Assembly (NCBI RefSeq): GCF_016433145.1
Contig: NC_058130.1
Span: forward strand, 133,190,018 to 133,254,017
From: Gracilinanus agilis
Lineage: Eukaryota
Direction of reading: 5' to 3'
Length of the DNA: 64,000 nt
How positions within the stretch are numbered: the stretch's first letter is position 1; each line of letters starts with the position of its first letter. The position numbers and the translations under genes were made by a program. The notes beneath the pieces were generated by a model that saw only the letters and a list, made by a program, of their open reading frames with translations, did not search any database and was not told the origin of the DNA. Positions 37,501 to 49,559 of this stretch are shown one piece after another.

Positions 37501-40500
37501 GCTGGCCCTATTCACTTACTTTAAATTCCTCTTCTTTCTAATGCCTTCTTTTTGTTGATTATTTCCTATTTAACCTGTATATAATTTATTTGTACATGGG
37601 AACTTGCATGCTATCACCCCTATTAGATTGTGAGGTTCTTGAGGGTAGGGATTGTTACATTTCTTTGTAACCCCAGGGCTTAGCACAGTGTTTGGCACAT
37701 AGCAGGTGCTTAAAAAATTGTTTACTACTTCTATAAACCACTTAGAATCAAGATTTGAGTTCTAATTTTGGGAACTTTTAGACCTTTTAGGCTTACAGCC
37801 TAAAGAGAACTGTCTTTATTATTTGTAACCCAAGGGTTTAACACAATGCCTGGCATATAGTAGGAGCTTAATAAATGTTCATTGGATTAGGCTGGAGTTC
37901 TGTCACGTATAAGCTGTCTGGGAAGGTCACCTTTCTATTCTAGGCTTCTGTTTCTTCATCTAAAAAATGAAGATCTGATTCTACTGTGGGAAATAAGTGA
38001 GGTAAGATATCAGATAAGGGAGGCAAAATATTTCCATGGGACCTATAGCTCCATGGCCAATTCTGTGTAAACTGAAGTTTTAATACAAACTGAGGAAATT
38101 TCATATCAGTCATGATGAGAGTTGCTGAACTTGAAGTCAGGAAGATTTGTATTCAAATCCAGTTTCTGACACTAATTGTATGACCCTGAATAAGTCACTT
38201 AACATCTCTCAGTTTTCTCATCTGCAAAATGGAGACCATAATAACAGCTCCTCCCTTCCCTTCAGAGGGTTGTTACTAAGACTAAAGAAGATAGAGTAAT
38301 TCTATTACAAATATGAATAATATGGAAATAGGTTTTGAGTACTAAGACATGTATAAACCAGTGGAATTGCTTGTCAGCTCTGGGAGAGGGGAAGGAAAAG
38401 GGGAGAGAGAGAAGATGAATCATATAACCATGGCAAACATTCTAAATAAATAAATAAATGTAATCAAAAATAAAATAAAATTCAAATAAAATGTGAAAAA
38501 AGAATAAAGGAGATAATGTATGTAAAGGAATTGATGAACCTTAATGAGCTCTCTAAGTCTAGCTATTATCATTCTTTAATTTCTGATCTGAGTTTGAAAG
38601 TCTTTCCCCGGGTTCCAGACTCACCTTGCCAGTCTTGACATCTCTCACATAGATGCCTTCATTCTCATCCAGAGGGATGGTCTGGCGTTGCTCTATCACT
38701 TCTACTTTGGCAGGGGGGACGTACTCCAGGGGTCCCCTGATCAGCCAGCGATCTCCGGCCCGCTTGCTGGAAACCTTTTCCTCACCAATCTCCCCCCCTT
38801 CTCCCTCCATCAGAGGCTGGAGGGCCCTCAGGAGCAGTCCTTCATCTTCTGACAGCACAAACACCTCCTGGATCCCTTGCTCTAAACTCTCCCCAGGCTG
38901 AAGGAAGAAGGATTTCTCCCCCTGTTGGGAAAAGACACGGAGTCAGGGTGGAACGGCGCTTTCTGGACGGTTGGCACCGGGGCCTGCCCCCGTCCTGCCG
39001 GCCTCGTCACCTTCACCACGCGCTTGTGCCCCAGCTGGTTCTTGCCGTCGGGCCCCACGGGATCGACGATCACACAGTAGTTCCGTGGACCCAGGGTGGT
39101 GATGTTCACGATTCCCAGCACCTCCTCGTAAACGTCAGGCACGTGGGCTTCGGCGTCCGCCTGGGTGACCAGCCACTCTTCTCCGGTGTGTCGAGGCACG
39201 CCTCTCACGTCGCGGAAGTTCTGCAGGGCCCGGAGGTGCAGGGCTATCTGTGAAGGCAGATGGGAGCTCGAGGGACCTTTCGCCTCTCAGGACCTCAAGA
39301 AGGATGTGATCTCCCACTCAGTGACCGTAACATTGATGCCAGGAGAGCCACCATTTAGAGGCTGCTATCTCATTTGATCTTGACCACCAACTCATCCTTT
39401 CTTTTTTAAAAAAATTTTTAAACCCTTACCTTCTGTCTTGGAGTTAATACTGTGCATTGGCTCCAAGGCAGAAGAGTGGTAAGGGTAGGCAATGGGGGTC
39501 AAGTGACTTGCCCAGGGTCACACAGCTGGGAAACTCATCCTTTCTTAGCCTTCCTCACCCTGATAGGATCTTTGGTCCCTTACTACAGACTGCTTCCTCC
39601 TCAATCCAAGGGACTTAGGAAAGCTATATGGATATAAGAGGGTCTTCCATTTACCCTAGTTCCAGAGTGACTCCCCAACATCTGCCAGTGAAGTTAGAAG
39701 AATGGGGTTAACTTATTCTTGTGTCATGGATGCCTTTGGGAGTCTGGTACCCATGGATTCCTTCTTAGAATAGGGATTTTCAATGCAGAAAATAAAATGT
39801 AAAGGATTACAAAGGAAATCAAGGCTATTGAAATATAATTTAAAAAATTAGGGGGCAGCTAGGTAGTTCAATTGTTTGAGAGCCAGGCCTACAGACAGGA
39901 GGTCCTGGGTTCAAATCTGGCATTAGATACTTCCTAGTCGTGTGACCCTGGGCATATCACTTGACCCCCATTGTCTAGCCCTTACCGCTCTTCTGCTTTA
40001 AAACCGATTTACAGTATTGATTCCAAGGCAAAAGGTAAGGGTTTAAAAATTTTTTTTTTAATTTAGAGACCCTAAAGGTAAGAACCAATGGGCTAAAGAT
40101 TCTTGAAATGAGAGAACTGAATTTTCATTTTCTAGACTGATTGCTATTCATTTTCTCCCTTGATACTCCCCCTTATCCTGCTTTCCTACGAAACCTCATC
40201 ATCCATGGGAGTCTCCCCACTCAGCTTCCTTTAGTCCTTGTGGGGTTCCTCCCATTCCCCGGGAGCTTATAAACCTTGTCTGTGAGGACCACAGCGTTGA
40301 CCACGTCCAGAACTTCTTCAAACACACCTGGGAGGTAAGCCCCCACTGAGCGTACCAGCCATTCTTCTCCTGTCAGAGGTTGGAGGGAGTCATGTTAAAA
40401 GTGTGGAAACTTGACAAAACCCTGAAAAAGCAATCCCCTTCCATTCTGGTCATGAATGCTCCTTAGAACAGACAGATGTGGGCAGAGACTGAGATGCTAC

Positions 40501-43500
40501 CTGTCTCTGGTTAGTCCTATCTAAAAAATTCTGCTCATTATCATTTATTTATGTTGCTTTCTCACCTCAGCAAAAAAAAATTTTTTTAAGGCTGATTTTG
40601 AACCTTGGGAGAAAAAAAAATCCCTTTGATATGGAGACTTCATAACTGTCAGTGTTTATGCATCTTTCAACCTCCTTCATATACTTTGCATTTTTCTTAA
40701 CTTTAAACACTGACAAGTTCCTGAGGCTTCTTGGAGAGAGCTAAGTTCTCCATGCCCATGGTTCCTCCACCTTCCTCCCAGTCCTTCTCTTTTTAAACAT
40801 ATTTACCCTTATCCTTGTTCTCCCCATTCCAGATCATCCTTCCTTCCCTACCTCACCCCCGTTTCATCTGCCTCTAACCCTACTCTCTCCCCTTACCTGT
40901 CACCCTCACTTTGCCATCCCGGTCCAGACATTCCTTCCGGGCCCGTAGTCGAAGAGCCTGGTTGTGTCGGATCACTGTGGCCTGGATTGTCTCCACCACT
41001 TCTACCTCCTTTTGGGGGATGTATGTGCCTGGGAGGTTGGCATGGAAAGAGTGGAAACTGCATTATTATATTGTTCAGAAAACTGATTATCATACTGTTT
41101 AAATCTAATTTCATGTGACTAGAGATTGTTTGAATCCAGAATGTTGCCTTGATCTCAGTAATTCTCTAGGAATGCCAGAGATGGCTACAAGGAATTGTGG
41201 GCTCCCTTCATCCCCACCCTGAGTCCAAAACATTTTCTGTTTTGTGTTGATTTAACCAGAATGATGTTTTAGCTCTCCACCCAAGCTTTTGTACTGAATT
41301 CTCTTTGTGTTTTGGCTTTTTATTTTATTCTATTGAATATTTGTAATTGATTTTTAAAATTGAATACTTATATTGATATCCATCTCAATCGACTTTGCTT
41401 TGAAGCCGCCCTCTCTGCAAAATTGCTTAATTGCATGTGCAAAGTTCATATGCCCTTATCTAAATCCTATGTAATGTGAACCTTCCAGAGCCTGGAGAAT
41501 ATGGAGCCACACTATTTTCTACACTCTCTCCTCCACCAAATGAGCTAATAAATTTCTAAAACTACTTCAGATTTTGGGATTTGTTTTCAAGACTGACAAA
41601 AAGAAAGGGAAAAGAGTGAACAGAAAAGGTCAGGATAGTGTAATGCCCAGATTTTAAGCAATAAAAATATGAGGCTGTTTCCCAAAGAATAACATTATTT
41701 ATTAATGTGAGCATGCAAATCCATTAAGAAAGAATGTTTTTTTTTTTCCCAGTGAGCTAGATGGCTCAGAGGATGGAGAGCCAGGCCTAGATTTGGGAAG
41801 TCCTGTATGCAAATCAGACGTTAGCTGTGTGACCCTGGACAGATCAAAATGCAAATTGTCTAGCCCTTACTTCTCTTCTGCATTGGAACCAATATATAGT
41901 ATTGATTCTAAGAGAGAAGGTAAGGATTTAAAAAAAACCAACTGCATAATAATATGTATAAAACCCAGTGGAATTGCTTGTCAACTACAGGAGCGGGAAA
42001 GGAAGAGGAGAGGGAGACAATATGAATCATGTACCCATGGAAAATTTATTGTGAAAATTTGTTACTGGAATAAAGAAAAATTTTTAAAAAGTGTATCTTT
42101 CACCAGTCTTTTTTCTTCTTCTTCCCTTCTTAGGATTAATATTAAGTATTGGTTCCAAGGCAGAAAATCGGTAAGGGCTAGGCAATTGGTGTTAAGTGAC
42201 TTATCCAAAGTCACACAGCTAGGACACTCTTGGTGGTGGCAAAAAGTTGGAAAATGAGGGGGTGTCCCTTGATTGGGGAATGGCTGAACAAATTGTGGTA
42301 GATGTTGGTGATGGAATACTATTGTGTTATAAGGAATGGTGAATTGATGGATTTCTGTAAGAACTGGAAAGACCTCCATGAATTGATGTGCAGTGAAATA
42401 AGCAGAACCAGGAGAACATCGTACCCAGAAACTGTAACACTGAGGGACGATCAAATGCTACTAATAGCAATGCAATGATCCAGGACAATTCTATGGGACT
42501 TAGGAGAAAGAATGTTATCCACACATCCAGAGAAAGAATAGAATATTCTCTGAAATAGAAATAGAAATCCAGAAGAAAACATGTGATTCATCATTTGTTT
42601 GTATGAGTATGCCATTTGGGGTTTTGGTTTTAAAGGATTGCTCTTTTACAAAAATGAATAATATGGAAATGGGTTCGAGTGATAATATATTTATGTATAA
42701 TCCAATGGAGTTGATTGTCAACCCCAGGAGTGGGGAGGAATGAGGGGAGGGAGAACACATGAATCATGTAACCATGGAAAAAATTAAAAAGAACCCCCCC
42801 AAAAATTACAAAGTTGAACCCAGGACCTCCTATGGCTAGGTGTGGCTCTCTATCCACTAAGCTGCCCCTATATGCTTCTTGTAGCAATCTTTGGCTAAAT
42901 AGTAAAAGTTGACTCAAGCAGGTTTTTGGTGGCTTTGGTCTTTTTCCTTATTTGGGACCCAATTATCACAAATCTAGATGATATCTTTAGCAATGACATA
43001 GAGGGCTTATGCTTTCAAATGTCTCAGAGAGAGAGTTCTTAATTATAAAGGAGTAGGACTCCATCCTGCTTACAAGGGGAGATTTTTCAAGGTGGGGTTA
43101 TTTATCTGAATTCCTTAGGAAGAAAGGAATGAGGTATAAATTGGAGCCTCAAAGAGAGAATTTCAGAAATAGAAATAATTCAATATGAAAAAAATAAATC
43201 CTCAATAGGCTAGTGATCAGGGATCCTTTCTCATGTGAAACCTCCAGAATAGGGTCAAATCCTAAATAGTCAATGACGAATAGGGAGACAAGACTTACCA
43301 GGCCCTTCAAACAGCCACTCATCTCCTGCTATTCTCTCCCCTTTCTCATCTTTAAAGTCAAGCAAGGCTTTAAGGTGCAGTGCTGTATTGGGCAGAACCA
43401 CCTGCAGTGGGGTTATGTCCTAGGAGAGAAGAGGAGAAATGAATGATCCTTCTCTGGGGCCCTCAGAATGAGAATCTCTCTCAAATATCTGAATAGGGAG

Positions 43501-46500
43501 ACCTGAAATTCAAGGAGGAAGCCCAGTTTCAGAACTGGGTAATCAAGTTCTATCATAAACAGAAAAGACTGAAAAGGGCCCCTCAGCAGCAATTCTCTCC
43601 AGTTTTGATTTTCCTGAATCTTACTATTAGTGGAGCATCCTGAAGAGTTGGATTTTGTGAATTAGGGAGCAGAAAACCCTTTACTAGACATAAGTAGTAA
43701 ATGCCCAAGTATCCCACTTATCACGTGGAATAGCAGATATAACATGGGACCTGGAATCCATCCTGATTCTTCCAATGACTAGCTTTGTGTAACCTTGGAT
43801 AAGATGCTTAATCCCTTTGAGTCTCAGTTTCCTCCTCTGTAAAAAGTGGAGGTTAAGACTCTTGGTCTACATTAAAATCTAGTTGGTGAAATGATGAGGA
43901 TCTTGGAAGCAAGTGATAATGCCATCTTAGCATTTAGTGGTAGTCTGGAACTATCTATCATTAGGAATACAGACACATTTTGTCATGTCCCTTGATTTTA
44001 TAAGAATATATTTCAAAGGATTCAGAGATTCTCAAGCTAGAGTAGGTTGACAAAGGATTGAGAGGAAGGAGAGGGGGAAGAAGGCAAAGATCTTTCAAGA
44101 ATGAATCCTACTGGTGAACATAAATGATTCCCATTAGTAAGAAAAAAGTCTTAACAAGAGGTCAAATGGTTATATAGAGACATCACTGATAAGTTCCAAT
44201 TTTGGAAAAGCAAATGAGCAAAGTCAAGTAACTGAGACAAAAATACAAAAATGTGTCTCACAATGTTGTTAAGGACAATATAGACAGATGTGGGGAATAG
44301 GTTAGCAGTTAGGGAGATTTGGAAGTAGGTAAAAGACTGGACTTAAAAATAAAATGTAGCAATCTAACCTGTAAGGAGCCCTCTTAAAGAATGTTCTATA
44401 TAGGTGTTGTCCTTAGTATTTGAGAAAAATGTAGATCACATAAGTAAAAACACATGTATCATGTGAAAGAATTGAGGTCCTTAGATAGTAGAATTGGTAG
44501 AGCAGTGGGTCAAATTTAGTAAGATTTTTTTTACCCTATTAAATTTAAAGTCCTCCCATTGAAACAGATAAAATTTTGGGAATAGTTAATATTCTAATCT
44601 AATCTAATGATAATATCAACACTTGCTTTAAGATCTAGTTACCTATAAATCCAGTAAAGATAATTCATTTAGTAGTAGTTAAATTAAAATAAGGAATAAT
44701 ATCTTTGTAGGAATAAGACTAGATACTAGAGTAAGTTAGAGATCATAGTTTTAATTCCCCAGTTGGCAGTTGAAGGGAGACTTCCCTTTTTTCAGTGGCC
44801 TCAAGCCCTTTGCAACATTAAGTTCCTGAAAACCACAAAATTTCCCTCTTCTTTCTCTGGCCCACTTTTTATTATTAAATAATTATAAATTAAGATACAG
44901 TCTTTAAAGAATTTTAATCATAACAGAATAGAGGCCATGAAGGGATGGAGTCTGAATGCCTCTTTTTTTTTTTGGCCTGTTTCCAAGTTGTTGGGTTGTT
45001 TTGTTTTTGTTTTTTGTCACAAGGAGAGATTTATCTATAGAGGGGAACCCGTTCAGACTATACAGGAGAAACTTTGGGTGAGGTTACTGTTTCTTTTATG
45101 TGTCTATTTCTTGTGAACAGGCCTTCTATATGTTTGTGTATGTTTGCCAATAATATTGTTTTCTTTGGAGAGAGAAGAAAAGCTGACAAGGTAAATAGTG
45201 AAGTCAGCAAGGTAAAAGGAAAATAAGGTTTCTATTACAGAATGTTGCTAGGAAAGTCTCTCTCTCTCTCAAAGTAATAGCAGGTGGCAGTTTGGAACTA
45301 TGCTCAAAGGGCTATAAAAGAATGCCTGCCCTTTGATCCAGCCATACCATTGTTGGGTTTGTACCCCAAAGAGATCATAGATAAACAGACTTGTACAAAA
45401 ATATTTATAGCCTTGCTTTTTGTGGTGGCAAAAAACTGGAAAAGGAGGGTATGTCCTTCAATTGGGGAATGGCTGAACAAATTGTGGTATATGCTGGTGA
45501 TGGAATACTATTGTGCTCAAAGGAATAATAAACTGGAGGAATTCCATGTGAACTGGAAAGACCTCCAGGAATTGATGCAGAGCAAAAGGAGCAGAGCCAG
45601 AAGAACATTGTACACAGAGACTGATATACTGTGGTAAAATAGAATGTAATGGACTTCTGTACCAGCAGCAATGCAATGACCCAAGACAATTCTGAGGGAT
45701 TTATGGAAAAGAATGCTACCCACATTCAGAGGAAGGACTGCAGGAGAGGAAACATATAAGAAAAACAATTGCTTGAACACATGGGTTGAGGCGGACATGA
45801 TTGGGGATGTAGACTCAAAACTACCACACCAATGCAACTATCAACAATTTGGAAATAGGTCTTGATCAATGACACATGTTAAAACCAGTGGAAATGCGCA
45901 TCGGTCATGGGTGGGGGGAGGGCGAGGGGTGAAGGGGAAAGTAGGAGCATGAATCATGTAACCATGTTAACTTTTCTAAAAAATGAATATTAATAAATGT
46001 TAAAAAAAGAAAGAAAAAAAAAGAAATAGGACATGTGCTCTGAAAGGGTCCCTTGTACTTTCTTGTACAGGTAGCATCATGCAATAATTCTCATGCAGTG
46101 TTAGACACATAATTAGGTCTTAAATCAGAAAACTAGACAAATATTGTAAGTAGATGTTTAGATTTATAATTTTTTGTAAACAAATTTTATTAATGAAAAG
46201 TATTGTTCAGAAAAAAAAAGTAATAGCAGGTGAGATTTTTTCTTGAGGAAAACAGGATAATTATGGAAGTTCAGGGGAAGGGGAAGAAAATGAGTTATAT
46301 GGGAGAAGAGGTCTAATTATGGTAAACCAATGCATTTACAATGGACAATATGTTCAGGTTTTAAATACATATATACTGCTGCTCCTCTGTCTAGAATAGT
46401 TATAGGCTCACAGGAGCCTAATGAAAGATAGGATGGACCTTATATGCCATTCAGGTCCAGTGCATTCATTTAAGTATGATGAAACAGACAAAGAAGTACT

Positions 46501-47443
46501 GGTGGTCATAAACAAAAGAAAGGAGGTGAGAAAGTATGAGTATGTTTGGGGAATGACAATTCACAAAGAATACCAAAGAGCAGAAGTGGAGGGATTAGGG
46601 TAGGTAGGGCAGGAAGGAACTCCTTGCTAATTCAGCCCCCTTTTAGTGTCCACAAATACCCTTCACCCATAGTTCCTCTGTCTTCTAGCCCTAGCAGAGC
46701 AAAAGGACACAGGAGATATTCTAGGTACCTGCTGCAGCTCCTCCCCAGGGTACAATGGGAAGGGGTCCTGGGCCAGCCGGATCTCCAGGTCTGCATGCCG
46801 AAGTCGTGCTTGTCCTGTAGCTTCCTCAAATAGCACGAAGCCCTCTTTATCCCGGGCTACAGGGTTGGCTACAATGCAGTAATGTCGTGGTGGGACTGTC
46901 ACCATACGTGATGGGGGAAACAGTACCCTGGTGAATAGAGGCAGAGTATAAGCGATTGTAAAGACCTTCCCTCCTCCTCTAATTCTTGTAACCCAGCTAG
47001 ACATATCTAGAGAAAGATAGAGCAAGCCAATGCTATAGCTGGAGGATGGAAAATAAGACATGAACTCCAAGATAACAAAAAATTAGAATAAGTGAGCAAG
47101 AAATGTATTCCTCTAGTAGGCCAAGATCCTTCTGCCTGCTCACACACTGACTAGAGAGAGATATCACTCCTAGCTGGAAATAAGAATAGAGATAAATGAT
47201 CTGGAGAGGGTTAAGCTAGTTCAACAAGTATTCCTTCTCCTCTTCCGCCCCCAAAATTTCCCTTTTAATATATTTTTCCTTTCTAGGACTCAGGGGTTCC
47301 TGATCTCATACCAACCTTTCATTGTCCTGCCGGATGTAGGTTTTGGGCCCAACCACCACACGGGATACATTGCTATTCTGGTCAAGCACATGGATGAAGT
47401 GGTATGGGGGGATTCGGATGATGGAATCTCCTTTATTTGCCAT
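28597..47443 (-). CDS. MVP: Major vault protein, 867 aa, 14 coding exons
   Basis: Minus-strand exons 47443-47316, 46927-46729, 43419-43299, 41028-40897, 40369-40275, 39247-39011, 38921-38625, 35960-35716, 35579-35382, 34343-33957, 33537-33421, 29958-29832, 29390-29202, 28728-28597 (2604 nt), all GT-AG and in frame. [18 protein letters not shown] start, vault repeats ([15 protein letters not shown]), shoulder domain [23 protein letters not shown], cap helix, and C-terminal [16 protein letters not shown]. Confidence 0.97.
30519..30715 (+). mobile_element. Young opossum SINE1-type element
   Basis: tRNA-derived head with A/B boxes, CORE and A-tail; TSD AAGATAC(A/G)ATGAAAGG at 30503-30518 and 30716-30731. 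Confidence 0.9.
31497..31680 (+). mobile_element. Young opossum SINE1-type element
   Basis: Perfect 16-bp TSD CAAAACCAAACAGATC at 31481-31496 and 31681-31696. Confidence 0.92.
36851..37050 (-). mobile_element. Young opossum SINE1-type element
   Basis: Long T-tract tail; TSD CTG(A/G)GTCAAAGTTTT at 36839-36853 and 37051-37065. Confidence 0.9.
37355..37506 (-). mobile_element. Older marsupial SINE copy
   Basis: Same family motifs, degenerate. Confidence 0.65.
37560..37875 (+). mobile_element. L2/MIR 3'-end fragments
   Basis: cccctattagattgtgaggttcttgagggtaggg...gcttagcacagtgtttggcacatagcaggtgcttaa; a second copy at about 37815-37875. Confidence 0.6.
39410..39532 (-). mobile_element. 5'-truncated SINE copy
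   Basis: Tail and CORE present, tRNA head missing. Confidence 0.75.
39851..40050 (+). mobile_element. Marsupial SINE copy
   Basis: Full-length family motifs. Confidence 0.8.
41750..41940 (+). mobile_element. Marsupial SINE copy
   Basis: Family motifs. Confidence 0.7.
42216..42811 (+). mobile_element. L1 3' fragment inserted into a minus-strand SINE
   Basis: L1 ORF2 end (attggggaatggctgaacaaattgtgg). The SINE 3' half is at about 42098-42215 and its 5' half at about 42812-42868. Confidence 0.7.
45287..46216 (+). mobile_element. 5'-truncated marsupial L1 (ORF2 C-terminus + 3' UTR + polyA) with an extra 3' segment, in MVP intron 3
   Basis: Encodes [27 protein letters not shown]...[11 protein letters not shown]...MEYY, the L1 ORF2 end. 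Perfect 16-bp TSD AAAGTAATAGCAGGTG at 45271-45286 and 46217-46232. Confidence 0.9.
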
Positions 47444-47915
47444 GGTGACTTCAGAGTTAGGAAGGCAGGAATCAGATCTGGTTAAAACAGGATCCCTGGA
47501 GTAGGGAGAAAGAATACGAATGAATGAAGGAAAGAACCACAGGGAGCAAAGGAGTAAAATGAAAGGAGGGAATGTGATGGAGCCATGAATAAATGTTGGC
47601 GATTCTCACAGAGAGACACCGCTCCTCTTGGCCAAAGGTCACGTACAAAGCTGAGCTGCTATGGTGAGGTGTGAGTACCTTACCTGGAGACAAATTCAAG
47701 GGGTATTTTTGTAAGCCTCTAGAGATGTTTATGTTCTGTCTCTGGGAAAGATTTAGACCTCTTGTACCAACCCTCCATAAATGAAAAATCTTTATGTCTT
47801 CTCACAGGGAGATGTTTCACAAATTTACATATATCTTGATATACGGATCTAATTGCCTAATAGAATTCTCTCATTATAAAAGTTTGCCTCTTTGTCATAC
47901 TAAACAGAGCTTATG

Positions 47916-48112
47916 AGGGCAGCTGGGTAGTTCAGTGGATTGAGAGTCAGGCCTAGAGATGAGAGGTCCTAGGTTCAAATCCAGCCTCAGACACTTCCCA
48001 GCTGTGTGACCCTGGGCAAGTCACTTGACCCCCATTGCCCACCCTTACCACTCTTCCACCTAGGAGCCAATACACAGAAGTTAAGGGTTTAAAAAAATTT
48101 TTTTTAAAATGA
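47916..48112 (+). mobile_element. Young opossum SINE1-type element
   Basis: Full-length; degenerate TSD TAAA(CA/TG)GAGCTTATG at 47901-47915 and 48113-48127. Confidence 0.88.
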
Positions 48113-48509
48113 TAAATGGAGCTTATGCATAGCCCCCTTCTAGCTCTACTTTTGTATCTCTCTCTCCCTCTCTCCTTCCCTTTTTCTCTCAGTGACTAAA
48201 CCCTGACATCAACAGGAATGTTATTTTGTGATATGATTAGGAATTACAATATTCTGCCCTGAAAGATCCTTTGAGGGCACATTCCCCAGTCTGTAGAATC
48301 TTGTGAGCTCCAAAGCAAATATATTGGAATTTGAGGCTGCCACCTGGAGACTTGTCTTTTGTCCAAGGTTAAAACTGAAAAGATTTAGGAATAAAAAGGT
48401 ATGTGCTGCAGCCTGAAAACTGCTATAGGTGGATGTCTGTTCCTGGGAAAAGTTGAGATGACCTTAGAAGGATCATCTGGACTCAGTTTCCTGATTGTGC
48501 TTTTCCTTT

Positions 48510-49238
48510 TGTTGTGGGGGGGATTTGAGGTGAACCCCAGATTTGGGACAGGTACCTTTGCAAGAATGCAAGACTCCAAAATTTAGCTTAAAAATAAAAA
48601 GAGAAATTTATTAATTTGGTAGTGATGTTGAAAAGTCAGGAGACAGGCGCAAGAGTGGACACTACCTCCTAGAGGGGATGGATTCTAGGCTTCTTATACC
48701 TTTTTGACTGCAGGGTCTACGTGACCAAGGATGAAGGAATGGCATGAGATTGGGCAAAAGTGGGGGATGTTTGTCACCTTACTGGGGCTGGAGTGATGTT
48801 TACTGTCCATAATCAGATGTATATGTGTCCTTTGAAATCTAGGGAAGAATCCAAGGGGAATACTCCTCTCGGGAGCTTTCCTTATTGTGAGTCTCTGATG
48901 TCCAGAGTCATCTTTTCCTCAACATTATAAGAATGCAAGGAAGGAAAGGAATTTTCCTGTGTACCCTTACTTTCTGTCTTGGAATCAATAATGTGTATTG
49001 GTTCTAAGGCAGAAGAGTGGTATGGGCTAGGCAATGGGGATCAAGTGACTTGCTCAGGGTCACACAGCTGGGAAGTGTCTGAGACCAGATTTGACTGCCC
49101 ATCTTTAGGCCTGGTTCCCACTCCAGTGAGCTACCCAGCTGCTCTCAAATTTTCCTGTTTTCTATTTGACCTGAAACACTTTTGGAGTTTTTGGGGTGTC
49201 CAAAGGAAAACCCAGGGTCCTATGCCATTTTCATAATA
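48510..49238 (-). mobile_element. Solo LTR, family B copy 1 (interrupted by a SINE at 48961-49147)
   Basis: Ends CCCCACAACA on the minus strand; shares long blocks with 54742-55301 (ggacaccccaaa, gactctggacatcagagactca, ggagtcttgcattcttg). SINE TSD AATTTTCCTGT at 48950-48960 and 49148-49158. Confidence 0.75.
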
Positions 49239-49559
49239 GTTAATTTTCCCCACCTGGTTTATTTTGAGCCTGGCTTTTGATACCTTGTGAATAATGTGGG
49301 TTTACTATGACTATTTACTATTACTAATAATTGGTTGTCAAATATGACTCATGCCTGGAATCAAAGAGAGCTAAGGGAGTTTTTTTTCCCTGTTATGTCA
49401 GGTCAGTCTGTGCTCTTGAGGGGATGAATCTTCATGCTGTTATAACTATGATTTTCCTTTTACCTTCTGTAGCAAGTTTCAATAATTTGGCTGTGAACTG
49501 TAGAAGTTTTGTAACTATTATACTGACTACTAATTGATCCAGGAACATCTCTGAGTTAC

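Noticed and set aside
47444-47495. Human-like inhibitory uORF in the longer MVP 5' UTR variants
   Set aside because: Neither the 18-nt acceptor extension nor the 57-nt exon-1 extension contains an ATG.
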